Below are positions 1 through 44,494 of a stretch of 64,000 nt of DNA, in pieces. Position numbers and translations under genes: made by a program. Where the stretch lies: assembly GCF_048593235.1 (NCBI RefSeq), contig NC_133620.1, positions 451,575,261 through 451,639,260 on the forward strand, in the 5' to 3' direction. The notes beneath the pieces were generated by a model that saw only the letters and a program-made list of their open reading frames with translations, made no database searches and was not told the DNA's origin. The stretch is from Sminthopsis crassicaudata (taxonomy: Eukaryota). Each line of letters begins with the position of its first letter. The first letter of the stretch is position 1.

Positions 1-413
1 CATTTTATTATTCTTGCCTTTTTTTTTTTCAAATGGCTAAAATGGAAATGTTTTGCATAACTTCACACATATAACCGATATCATATTGCTTGCTTTTTTA
101 ATGGATGGGATGGAGAGAATTTGGTTCTCAAAATTAAAAAAAAATTCAAAACCAAAAAATTAACGATTTCAGCAGGAGCTACATTTTCAGGAATCGGCAA
201 ATGTTCTAAATAACAGACTGATTTATCATTTTATTTTCTATCTCTAATAGACTTAATAAAATGGAGAAAATGTAAATATAAATTAGCTCCTTTTTCCCTC
301 AGTAAACTGATAAACATGGCCTAGCTTGCTGCTGCTTGCATCTATCCTCTTTTCTCTTCTAGCTTCACCCTAAATATAGAGCCTTAGCATGTTTGCACTT
401 TTGTTATCTTTCT

Positions 414-3400
414 TTTTTTTTTTTTTATTTTTTTTTTATTATATATATATATATTTTATAATATTATCCCTTGTATTCATTTTTCCAAATTACCCCCCCT
501 CCCTCTATTCCCTCCCCCCGACGACAGGCAATACCATACATTTTACATGTGTTACAATATAGTCTAAGTACAATACATGTGTGTGAATATCATTTTCTTG
601 TTGCACAATAAACATTAGAATCCGAAGGTACATGCAACCTGGGCAGACAGATTGTAGTGCTAACAATTTACATTCCCCTCCCAGTGTTTCTTCTCTGGGT
701 GTATCTACCTCTGTCCATCATTGATCAACTGGAAGTGAGTTGGATCTTCTTTATGTTGAAGATTTCCACTTCCATCAGAATACATCAGAATTCTCATACA
801 GTATCGTTGTTGAAGTATACAGTGATCTTCTGGTTCTGCTCATTTCACTCAGCATCAGTTGATTTAAGTCTCTCCAACCCTCTCTGTATTCCTCCTGCTG
901 GTCATTTCTTACCGAGCAATAATATTCCATAACTTTCATATACCACAATTTACCCAACCATTCTCCAACTGATGGACATCCATTCATCTTCCAGTTTCTA
1001 GCTACAACAAAAAGGGCTGCCACAAACATTTTGGCACATATATGTCTCTTTCCGCTCTTTAGTATTTCTTTGGGATATAATCCCAGTAGTAGCGCTGCTG
1101 GGTCAAAGGGTATGCACAGTTTGATAACTTTTTGGGCATAATTCCAGATTGCTCTCCAGAATGGCTGGATTCTTTCACAACTCCACCAGCAATGTATTAG
1201 TGTCCCAATTTCCCCACATCCCCTCCAACATTTGTCATAATTTGTTCCTGTCATCTTAGCCAATCTGACAGGTGTGTAGTGGTATCTCAGAGTGGTCTTA
1301 ATTTGCATTTCTCTGATCAGTAGTGATTTGGAACACTCTTTCATGTGAGTGGATATAGTTTCAATTTCTTCCTCTGAGAATTGTCTGTTCATATCCCTTG
1401 ACCATTTATCAATTGGAGAATGGTTCGGTTTCTTATAAATTATGGTCAATTCTCTATATATTTTGGAAATGAGACCTTTATCAGAACCTTTGTTTTTAAA
1501 AATATTTTCCCAATTTGTTACTTCCCTTCTAATCTTGTTTGCATTAGTATTATTTGTACAGAAACTTTTTAGTTTGATGTAATCAAAATCTTCTATTTTG
1601 TGATCAATAATGATCTCTAGTTCTCCTCTGGTCATAAATTCCTTCCTCCTCCACAAGTCTGAGAGGTAGATTATCCTCTGTTCCTCTAATCTATTTATTA
1701 TCTCCCTCTTTATGCCTAAATCATGGACCTATTTTGATCTTATCTTGGTATATGGTGTTAAGTGTGGATCCATATCTAATTTCTGCCATACTAATTTCCA
1801 GTTTTCCCAACAGTTTTTTCCGAATAATGAATTTTTATCCCTAATGTTGGAATCTTTGGGTTTGTCAAAGATTAGATTGCTATAGATGTACCCTTTTTTG
1901 TCCTTTGTATCTAATCTGTTCCACTGATCTACCGGCCTATTTCTTAGCCAATACCAAATGGTTTTGGTGACTGCTGCTATATAATATAGCTTTAGATCAG
2001 GTACACTTAGACCACCTTCCTCTGAGTTTTTTTTCATTAGTTCCCTTGCAATTCTTGACCTTTTATTCTTCCATATGAATTTTGTTGTTATTTTTTTCTA
2101 GTTCATTAAAATAGTTTCTTGGGAGTCTGATTGGTATAGCACTAAATAAATAGATTAGTTTGGGGAGTATTGTCATCTTTATTATATTCGCTCGGCCTAT
2201 CCAAGAGCACTGAATGTCTTTCCAATTATTTAAATCTGATTTTATTTTTGTGGCAAGTGTTTTGTAATTTTTCTCATATAATTCCTGACTTTTCTTTGGT
2301 AGATGGATTCCCAAATATTTTATACTCTCAACATTTGTTTGGAATGGAATTTCTCTTTGTATCTCTTGCTGTTGCATTTTGTTAGTGATATATAAAAATG
2401 CCGAGGATTTATGTGGATTTATTTTGTATCCTGCCACTTTGCTGAAATTTTGAATTATTTCTAGTAGCTTTTTAGCAAAGTCTTTGGGGTTCTCTAAGTA
2501 TACCATCATGTCATCTGCAAAAAGTGATAGTTTAATTTCCTCATTTCCTACTCTAATTCCTTGAATCTCTTTCTCGGCTCTTATTGCCGAGGCTAGCGTT
2601 TCTAGTACTATATTGAATAGTAATGGTGATAGTGGGCAACCTTGTTTCACTCCTGATCTTACTGGGAAAGGTTGCAGTTTATTTCTATTGCATATTATGC
2701 TTACTGACGGTCTTAAATATATACTTCTGATTATTCTAAGGAATAATCCATTTATTCCTATACTCTCAAGAGTTTTTAGTAGGAATGGATGTTGGATTTT
2801 GTCAAATGCTTTTTCTGCATCTATTGAGATGATCATATGGTTCTTATTAATTTGATTATTAATATGGTCAATTATATTAATAGTTTTCCTAATATTAAAC
2901 CAGCCCTGCATTCCTGGAATAAATCCTACTTGATCATAGTGTATTATCTTGGAGATGATTTTCTGAAGTCTTTTTGCTAATATCTTATTTAAGATTTTAG
3001 CATCAATATTCATTAAGGAGATTGGTCTATAATTTTCTTTCTCAGTTTTCGATCTACCAGGTTTAGGTATCAGGACCATGTCTGTGTCATAAAAGGAATT
3101 TGGTAGGACTCCTTCATCCCCTATTTTTTCAAATAATTTATATAACATTGGGGCTAATTGTTCTTTAAATGTTTGGTAGAATTCACATGTGAATCCATCT
3201 GGCCCTGGGGATTTTTTCCTGGGGAGTTGATTAATAGCTTGTTCTATTTCTTTTTCTGAAATGGGACTATTTAAGCAATTTATCTCCTCCTCTGTTAATC
3301 TAGGGAGCCTATATTTTTGGAGGAAGTCATCCATTTCACTTAAGTTATCAAATTTATTGGCATAAAGTTGGGCAAAGTAACTCCTTATTATTTCTCTAAT

Positions 3401-3595
3401 TTCCTCTTCATTGGTGGAAAGATCCCCCTTTTCATTTGTAAGACTATCAATTTGATTTTCCTCTTTCTTTTTTTTGATCAAATTTACCAAAGGTTTATCT
3501 ATTTTATTGGCTTTTTCATAAAACCAACTCTTGGTTTTATTTATTAATTCAATGGTTTTTTTACTTTCAATTTTATTGATTTCTCCTTTTAATTT
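414..3595 (-). mobile_element. 5'-truncated young LINE-1 (3' part of ORF2, 3' UTR, poly-A tail)
   Basis: ORFs 2063-3490, 1729-2037 and 775-1656 are consecutive L1 ORF2 pieces (RT motif LFADD, C-terminal CWRGC...HCWWSC knuckle). Poly-T tail on + at ~414-437. Perfect TSD ttttgttatctttct at 399-413 and 3596-3610. Only two lesions seen: +1 A in an A-run (~2091-2097) and TGG>TAG at 1729-1731. Confidence 0.97.
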
Positions 3596-3789
3596 TTTTG
3601 TTATCTTTCTTGATAAATTGTTAAAAGTCTTGTCTGATTCTTCATGACCCCATTTGGAGTCCTGGGAGAGTTACTGAAGTGTTTTGCCATTTCCTTTTAT
3701 TTTACACAGAAGGAAACTGAGGTTAAAAAAAAAAAAATGAGGTGATTTGTTCAAACAGCTAATGCCTTAGGTCAGAAAAACTTGGGTTT

Positions 3790-4230
3790 TTCTGATGTGC
3801 TATCCCCCCCTCCCCACCCACTCTACCTATATCACTTTAACAGCTTCCTAAAAAGTCTTACTGCCCCCGTTCCTGATCCCTCTAATCCATCCTTCATCCC
3901 ACTGCTGATCTGGCCATGTCATCCCTCAGCTTTCCTCTTCAGCAGGTCCTTAATGCTTACCAAGTAAATTCAAACTCCTTATCCTTAACAGACTTTACAA
4001 GCCCATATTTCCCTCCTTTCCCGCAAGCATTCGCTCATGTTACTGGCCCCTTGTACTCTATGCCAGAGCCAAACTAAACTATTCACCATAACCTGTAACA
4101 TCTCTTTTTTGCCTCCTCCTTCTTCCCTTCCAAGTCAAAAGTCATGTCCTCCACAAAACCTTCCTAGACCTTTCCCTCCTCAGGCCTCAAAAGCCCTGCT
4201 TCTATGTCTATTATGCATTTAGGTACTAAA
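3790..4230 (+). mobile_element. Ancient LINE-2 3' fragment
   Basis: Pyrimidine-rich degraded sequence resembling the L2 3' region (e.g. taaattcaaactccttatcc); boundaries approximate. Confidence 0.5.
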
Positions 4231-5038
4231 AGTCCTTGGGTAGGAACCAGATCCCTTTTTTTTTTTTTAACAAGACTATCATACAACCAGACTGAGGGCA
4301 GGAACCATGTCTTAACTATACTCTGTATCTTTGTGTTCTACACATAGTAAAAACGTAATAGTTGTAGCTGAATTGAATTGAGGTTCTGGGGCTGGTGAGA
4401 TAGCATCCCTACTCCTGTCTTTGCCCACTCCCCTCCAGAAACAGTTCTGATGACACAATGAGTACAAGTTTCCCAACAGTAACGGCTGAACTTCAGGCCA
4501 AGCCATTCCAAGAGGGGTCTGTCCTCCAGTACAAAGCCACAGCTGAAAGCAGCTTCCATGAATCTTAGAGGCATTAGCCAATTCTCAGCCAGATTTCCCT
4601 TCAAATGGCTAACGAGTTCTTTCTTCTTGGTCCCCCTGTTTTCTTACAGAAACCTCCCACCATAAGGGAGTATCTTATTTTAGATATAAGTCCTGGAGCC
4701 TTCAATTCTCTTAAGCTTATAAAGCTAAAAACATAGTTACAAAAAGGTTAAAGTCATGGCTGACTGAAACTTCCTCGCTTTTTTGAGTCATTCATGGCCT
4801 CTTCAGCTGTTGAGGAGGAGCACACTTTCCCCAGCTCTGTTAGAAAGTAAATTTTGCAGGAATGGATCATGGATACACTCAACGTGCTAGTTCTCAAGAC
4901 CTGGGAGGAGATTACTTTTCCTACAGAACTGGATGGTTAACCCTCTGCTTTTCCCACATATAGCCCTGGAGGGACCCAAATCTACCTGGGTCTCAATTGC
5001 CCTGCCTTTTCCTCATAATAGGCTGTAAAAGTCTCAAT

Positions 5039-5057
5039 TTTATTATTATTTTTTATT
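5039..5057 (-). terminator. Candidate RSKR polyadenylation signals (two AATAAA on minus strand)
   Basis: tttatt on + at 5039-5044 and 5052-5057, ~610 nt downstream of the RSKR stop. Confidence 0.45.
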
Positions 5058-5664
5058 TAATAAATTGCATAATCAGGCCTTGAATCCTTAGATCACAATT
5101 TAAAATGTAACTTGTCAGGGCAAGGATGATTTGTCTTCTCATAAAAAACAATTATTGCTTCTGAAAAGGACAGGCTAACTAAGCTTGTCAAGCACCGTGA
5201 GGATCGATGTGTGTCAGGACAGAGTTCAGTATTGCTGGCGAAAGGAAATGTGTCTTAGCAATAAGGAAAGGAGAAGTGGACTGGAGACCCTGGCTAAGAG
5301 CCTGAGGCTGGGGGATGTGGAGAAGTGAACACGGGGGGGACCTGCTCTCTGTCCTACTGAATGAGGAGGTGCAGGGAGGGAAGAAAGTGGAATGAGAGGC
5401 TGGTGGCAGGATGCCCAGAAATGGGACTTTGGTCTCTCCTTGGGGGGAGGGGGGAGACAATATCCCTCCCTTTTAAGGGGCCTGAGCCCCCAGGATCAGT
5501 TTCAGTTATAAAGTGTTTCAAGCTACAAAAAGGGAGGGGATCCTCCTACAAAGAACAAGGGACAAGTATGTGGGCCAGAGACAACTTGATGCATTAGGGA
5601 GGTCTTCCTGAGCTGGCAGTGAAGATCCTGAGACAACTACAATCCATCTTGTGGGAAAGAGAAT

Positions 5665-8600
5665 TCAGGCAGGGCAGGGATAGGTTGAGAGAGCTATCAA
5701 ATCACAGTCAAAATCCTGGAACGGTACAGCCTCAGCTGGGGCAGGAAGCACAGCTCTTGCCTCCAGGACAAAGGACACTGGCTGCTTCTGCAGGAGCTCA
5801 GGGTCAAAGGCCATGCCCCGAAAGAAGGGATGAGCCTGGAAGTGATACAAGTAGCGTAGACGATGGAAGGGGTCGTGGCACAGGAGCTGGAGGGAGACAA
5901 AGAACAGGGTCCATGTGAATGAGCACAGGCCAAAGCCCGGGATGTGGGGAAGATGGCGGCGAGAAGGCGTGCAGTGACCAGGAATGGAACAGAGGGGATT
6001 CCTACTGCAGGCTGGAAGGATGGGCCCAGAACCAAGAGGATTCATAGGGGCCTAGGGGATGGAGGCATCTGGGGCAGCGGAAAAGGCCAAACTCAGGCAA
6101 AATGAAATTCACTGGAGACCAGTGGGGAGCTCTCAGAGAAGGGGCCCTGGGGCAGGGAATTTCACGATGGTCTCAGGAGGGAAGAAAGCTGTGGGGAGGC
6201 AGGCTGAGCCAATCAGGAGCTGAAAGGAATCAAGATCGAAGGGAATGGCGGGCCAAGCAGGGCGGAGATGTGCGGAAGTGCCACAAGTGCCTGTGGAGGA
6301 TGGCATTCGGAAGCTGGTGATGAGGGAAGAGGGAGGACGGGGCTGCTCTTACCTCCTGGAGCAGGAGAGAAAGCCCCTGGCTAAGGGAGGCTGGGACCTC
6401 ATAGCTACAGCGAGTCACACTTGCCAACATGGCCACGTGATCCTTCTCAGCCTGCAGGGGGAACTACGACAAGAAAGAATGGGCCTGGGACAGGCCATCT
6501 ATTACAGAGCCATGTTTTCTCCCATTGCCATTCCTGTCCTCTACTCACAGAGTGAGATCCAGGCCCAACGATGGATGGCATAATTTCCCCTCTCTCTGCC
6601 TTACAACACCCCCCCCTCCAATTCTCTTCTCACCTTTCCAGCTGCCAGGGCAAAAAGCAAGATGCCCAGGGACCACCAGTCAACGACGTGGTTGTAGGGC
6701 CCACCCCTCAGGACCTCTGGGGCTGCAGGGAGTAGAGATCCCAATCAACCAACCAACCAACCAGCATTCCTCATATGTGCCAGCAGTGCCAGCTACTCTG
6801 CTGGGAGCTGGAGGTCTACAAAGACTGATTCATCTCTACAACCTAGGAGTTTCCACTCTAACGAGGAAGACAATGAATGCACCTGCAAGTATATACCAAA
6901 TAAACATAAACAGGAGAGGGACAAATAAAGACAGAAGAGTTAAACGAGGTGGCTCCACGCAGAAGCGGTATTTCAGCTGCAGGAAGAGATGAGTCCGGTC
7001 AGGCGGAGGTGAGGATTGAGCCCACCCTAGTCACGGGGAATGGCCAAGAAAAAGGCCAGCCTTCTTCAGTACTGTAGAGGACAGGAGGTCGAGGGCCGGG
7101 CATGAAGAGCAGAGAGGTGGCTGCGGTCGCTGCTGCCGCCCGGCACGCCTAGAGCCACCCCTGCCGCCCAGGAATCTGGCTCACCCATGTACTGCAGCGT
7201 CCCGCAGATAGTGTAGGCTCGCTCTCCCTGGGGGAGATGTTTTGACAGGCCAAAGTCTGTGAGCTTCAAGTGGCCTATGAGGGAAAAAGGGATCATTAAC
7301 GTCCACCCATTCCGAGTCCCCGCCTTTTGTTCTCAGGCAAGCATTCCCTCCGTCCCCCACCTTGACAATATGCCCTCCGTCCCCTGCCCCCACACCACAC
7401 ACATACATGCCCACGCTTTGTTATACAGGATTTGAAGAGATTTACCTCTTTCATCCAGTAAAATGTTCTCCATCTGAAAGGTTAGAAACAAACATACAAA
7501 TACACCCTTTTCCCTTCTTGATGTCTTCCTGACCCCGGCGCCTACAAGGCTTAGCCAAAGCCATGTCCCACGTCCCATTCGCTTTTTTTTTTTTTTTTTT
7601 AATAGGGCTTTTAGTTTGTCCTAAGAACATCTTGGGGGGTGGGGGGAGCCAGAGCAGAATTGGCTTTGTCCACTAATCCTAAGGCTGTAGTGGTGGTCCC
7701 GAGAGCTTGGGTAGAGTCCTAGCTTCCCCTGCCCACATGGGCTGCCCCGGTAGCAGGATGGAACATGGGCTTTACCTTTAGATCCCGATGCACAATGCCC
7801 AGGTCATGTAGATAGCCTGGGGAAGAGAACAAGCTTGAAAAGCAGATGTGCTTTCATTAACTTCTCCCAATGCCAGGACCCATCCCTCTGTCCCCCGCCA
7901 GGCCCTCGGGCAGAATGGCTTCTCCTTCCCACCACTCTTCCCACTGTGCATCCCTTACCTATGCCCAGGGCCAGTTCAGCAGCAAAGAGACGAATGGAAG
8001 CCTCAGAAAAGCAGCCGATCGTGGCCCAGAGGGAGTGCAGGTCTCCTGTGCTGTAGTAGTTGTATACTGCAAAGGAGCCTGGGGGTCAGACTCTTGCCTT
8101 GCCTGGGCCCAAGGTACCATGAACTTCCTGCCCCGAAGGGTACCAGCTGTTTTTTCAGGGTGGCAGGGGAAGGTTTTAGGTCCCCAGGGAGAGGGAAGCA
8201 GGGGACTGCCCTCCCATGGATGATAGTGTCAGTCTGGGGACCATGGGCAGGAGGGCAGAAAGCAGGGAGACAGGGAGGGCGGGCTCACTAGTGAAGAGAT
8301 GGCGCTGTCCCTGCCAGCTGCCTCCCAAGCCACTTACAAATGGGTGGTGGATCTGGCGCTGGGGATAAAGAGAACAGGTGGTCAGATCAAAGGAGGCATT
8401 CGTTAAGGGAAGCAGGGATGAGCCGGCACCACGTGGCTGAGCAGAGGGAGTCTGTCTGGCTCATGTAGGAGATGTACGGATACAATCCCTGGGGGCTGCC
8501 AACCGGCCCTCACCCCAACCTGGCACAAGGCAGGCTGATGGGTGCCCCAGCAGGACTCTCCTTGGCAAAAACGAGGGGAAGCCTGGTCAGTGCCCCAGAC

Positions 8601-9838
8601 TGCAATGCTGAGCGGTGTCTTTAGCCAGGACTACCAAGTCCGTGAGCCTGTATGAGAACAGGCAGGGCCGGGAAGGCTTCTGTGATCCTCAGGGGATCCT
8701 GCGGGGCCGGGGCTCTCCCTCCATGCCTCAGGTCTGAGCCTTCCTGGGGCCCAGGGCCTACCTGAATGCTGACCTCCTCCTTGCACTGCCTCAAGCTGTC
8801 TCGCTGAAGGACTTCAACCTTGGGGACTACCTGTAGCGGAGAGCAGAGGCATGAAGGCCCCTGAAGCTGTCCCCCCCACTCTCCCCTCACCCGGGGGCAG
8901 GAGGAGGCAGCAATGAAGAGCTTTACCTTCACAGCCAGCAGGGCTCCCAGGCCGCAGTCCAGTACCTTGAGGACAGTCCCAAAGGAGCCCTTGGCCACAA
9001 AACCCAGAACCTAGAGAGAAACAAGAGGGAGGCAAAGTGAGTTCTAACAGGACTTTCCCATCCCCCACCGGGCTTTCCCCGGGACGTCACGTGCAGCCTT
9101 TGCCGGGGACTCGGCTGACCCACCTTCAGCTGCTGCTGCCCCTGCAGGGGCCGGACGGGGAACTCGGGCAAGAAGAGAGAGACGAGCTTCGGCACCGGCC
9201 ATTCAGGCGGGGACTTCTCTGAGGGCGGCGGGGCAAGCTCCCGGGGCCCCAGATGGGGGAACTGGTGCTTCCGCTGCCCCCACAGCTGTTCCAGGCCCGT
9301 CAGAGTCGTCTCCACACCTGACAAGAACCTCTTCCAGCCCCGAACCCAGGGCCCCTGGCTAGGAATGCTGTCACCCTGCTGAGAGCCAAGGGGAGCCGCA
9401 CTGAGCTGCCTGGCCCCGGGAAGGGCTGCCTCTCTCAGCGGGGGCCAGCCCGTGGGGAGGGGGGAAGGGTCACTCACAGCGCAGTGCAGTCAGCTCTCCT
9501 GGGTACCAGCCTGCATCCTCCACTCATCAGACACAGCTTGGCATTGCCTCGCACTGGGCACAAAGCCAGGCTCTCCCTCTCTGGGTCTTGCACAAACCCT
9601 TTCTCCACAGGACACTTCCTTTTCCTTCTAGGTGGGGACTGCTCAGCCCCTGCCCCCTCCCTTTGGCTTTTTATGGCTCTCATCCTGGTCATCCTTACTG
9701 TACTCCCCCCTCCCGCGCCCCCCCCCCCCACTTTCCCCACCTTGGGCATAAAGCCAAAGCTATTCTTAACTGGGGGCTGGTACAGCATAGGTCACTTACC
9801 TTGTGGGGAAGGGTCTGCCGGCTGCCCGCTACTCCCAT
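5665..9838 (-). CDS. RSKR: Ribosomal protein S6 kinase-related protein (SGK494), AGC-like Ser/Thr kinase, 401 aa
   Basis: 12 GT-AG exons with consistent phases: 9800-9838, 9124-9378, 8927-9010, 8762-8830, 8289-8358, 7959-8066, 7776-7816, 7446-7473, 7185-7274, 6634-6722, 6353-6463, 5665-5886 (1206 nt). Starts [13 protein letters not shown]. Motifs AKGSFG, AVK, HRDLK, DFG, TICGT, APE are intact; ends [18 protein letters not shown]. Syntenic position next to BLTP2. Confidence 0.95.
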
Positions 9839-9920
9839 CCTGCCAGTGCCTCCCCAGCTGCCAGACCCCTCTGTCCCAGTTACATAAGCAGGCCCACCCC
9901 TTAAGATGCATCATTCATGA

Positions 9921-9930
9921 GCCCCGCCCC
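9921..9930. promoter_or_regulatory. GC box (Sp/KLF site) in the putative RSKR proximal promoter
   Basis: gccccgcccc ~85 nt upstream of the RSKR ATG. Confidence 0.35.
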
Positions 9931-10523
9931 CAGCTCCATTATTCATGGCGCCTGCCTCCTGTTCTACTCAGACTTCTGGGTACTCATTCTTAGAGAGCTC
10001 ACTGCAGAGAAATGCCCCCCACTTTGGAATTAGTGCTGGAAACGCAGACCTGCTTCCTCCTCCCTGAAAGGAGGCAGTGATCCCAGGCAGCACAACGGTG
10101 GGGGAGACCTCAGTCGGAGGAACGTCCAGGGATATAAGGGATGGCAGAGGCTTGTCCCCTGGGACTGGGAACTGCCAAGAGCAAGCCAAAACCGTGGGGT
10201 CCCCGCGTTGGAGAGAAGCACGAAACAGCATCAAATTTAAAATCATCTTTCTTTCTTTCTCCGCAGATCCCATTTGGTTACCAGTACCATCATCCCCACC
10301 ACCAACACTCAGGGAGAGGGCAAGGGGCTCCCGGCCAGCTCTGGCACTCAATGCTATGCTCCCAGCAGAGCTTGGCACCGAGAGAGAGTAGGATGGTGGT
10401 CCCCGCTCTAGCACACAAAGACCCCTTTCTGTACAAGGCTATAGGGGGTGAAGGGGCTGAGAGGGGATCACGCATCCCATGGTTTCCTTCCCATGGCACA
10501 TGGGAAGAAGTTACAGAGAAATA

Positions 10524-10529
10524 TTTATA
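10524..10529 (-). terminator. Candidate variant poly(A) signal (TATAAA) for BLTP2
   Basis: tttata on +. I found no AATAAA/ATTAAA on the minus strand between the BLTP2 stop and the RSKR start. Confidence 0.35.
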
Positions 10530-10861
10530 ACGTCTATTTTAAAAAATGTAACACCACTTCTCTACATCTGCTACCCCTTCCCAGCCTCCTCTGGCTCCAC
10601 TGGGTCATAGGATCCAGCGTCTATGTCCCTGCTCTGGGCTTACTTCTGATCCTGGACCTGCTTTGAACAGGAATTGGCAGCACAATGGCATCAGCCACTA
10701 GGCTCTCCAAGGGGAGCAGCCTAGCATGGGTATCATTCCCTAAGGCCCCCACGATTCCCCAGGGAACAAGGGGAGTTCTACCCCCTGCCCCCACCCTGAG
10801 TCACTTGGGCCCTGCAGTCTAGGGCCAGAGTCCAGTTCTGCCCCACAGGGGCTTTCCCAGC

Positions 10862-42800
<31,939 letters not shown>

Positions 42801-44494
42801 AGTGTCTGGATGCCTTCTTTGCTCCCCCCCGCCCAGAACACTGGGACTCAGCATTCCGTTCCCCAAATGGAGTCTTCACAACCCAGTGCAAGGGCGAGCT
42901 CGTTACCCAGCAGTGAGTCGAGCTACTCGGGGGCCCCTAAGTTAGTCCTGGGTGACCGGGGCTGAGGGGCTGGGAAAATAAGGGGAAGGGGCACTCTTGG
43001 CCGGGTGCTGGAAGGACCTCGGGAGGGCAGCTCCCTCTTCCTGAAGCCACACAGGATCTGCGGCTTCTGCTTCTGCAGGAGGAGTGAACTCCCGAAGACT
43101 GCGTGATACTAATTAAATGGAGATGCACCAGAGAGCCCAACGGATATCCCTGTAATTTTCCAGATACCAAAAAAAAAAGCCCCACAAAAAGCAAAAAAAA
43201 CCAAGATCATTTATCTAGAGCTTTAAGGTTTGAGAGTTACTCAGGTTCATTTGATCCTCATTCCTAGGGAGGGGTGGGCGCTATTTTGCAAAAATGAAAA
43301 CATTTTGCCAAAAACAAAGGTTAAATCCCTTGCCTAAGATCACGTCTGCTAGTTTTGCACTGGGATCTTCTGTGTTGCTTAGAAAAGCTTGTAGCATGCA
43401 GGATGGATTTGTTAATCAGTTGTGGAGTATTTAGAGTAAAACATGGACATAGAGGATAAGAAAGCAAGGAGGGATTGTGGTCTGCATACACTCATGAAGC
43501 CATGACTCATTCAAAATATCAAAATAGAGATGGGAAGCGCTGCATTTGATTCATTTACTGCTGGGAGGCTCTAATTCTGGCCAGCTGTTGTGGATTGAAC
43601 CAGGTGCCCACTACCCTGCTATACACACCAAATTCTTCCAATTCTGTTCCCTTGCAAAATATTAAGCATCTCTATGCACAGCATGGCACCACACACTTTA
43701 GGGTTGCTAACTTTCAGGAGAAATTGTGGACTTAGAGGTCTTTAGTTTGATTGTACATATGTAGCCTATGTTTGTTTGCTACTCTTTTGGAGAGGGAGGA
43801 AAGAAAGGGAGAAAAATTTGGACCTCAAAATCTTACAAAAGTGAATGTTGAAAACTGTAATTGCTGGGGGGGAGGGGAATACTATTAAGTGATAGACATA
43901 GATGAGACAAGCCAAATTTAATTGCTGGAGGAACAGGTATTCAAGTGCCTGACAACAGTGAGTGGCAAGAACTCAAAAAAGGAGCCCAATGGGGACATTG
44001 TTTTGTGGACTAGCCTCTTTTCTAGAAATATCTGCTCTGTTATCCCAAACCATTAGGAAGCCTCTAACAAGTTGTGTCTTAATAAGATTCCTGGTAAGCA
44101 AGGCAGAAGCAGCTCAACTGTCCTCCCTACTTTTTTTGGGGGGGGGCACTTTGCCTTCTCACCCTCCCCTTCCTCTTCCATCCAGCTGCTCCCTTAGATC
44201 CTCATTTTGCATCCTAATTCGGGGAAACCTATTTAGATATGCTTTTGCTTTGTCCACTCTTGCTTTGTTTCCTCATCTCCAGTTTGTTCCTGTCTTTTCT
44301 CTAACACATCTTGTTACACCTGGCTCCTCTCTCTAAAGAATATTCTTTTCAGAGGATCTAGTTAGTTAAACTGGAGAAATGGGAAGGTTTTTTGGAAATC
44401 AAGGCTTTGGTGGTTAAAACATTATTCATTATGATATCTTATTTGGATTGTGTCACTGGGAGAGGGACAGAATCTTAACATCTCAGACGGGGAG

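Noticed and set aside
657-2855. Plus-strand ORFs overlapping the L1 (657-932, 2170-2385, 2613-2855)
   Set aside because: Antisense by-products of L1 ORF2 and the 3' UTR.
4312-4650. Minus-strand ORFs (e.g. ...LAENWLMPLRFMEAAFSCGFVLEDRPLLEW...) as an exon of SPAG5 or a novel gene
   Set aside because: No recognisable similarity to SPAG5 or any family I know, no ATG start and no clear splice sites. SPAG5 is expected by synteny to lie left of the window. A BLAST search would settle it.
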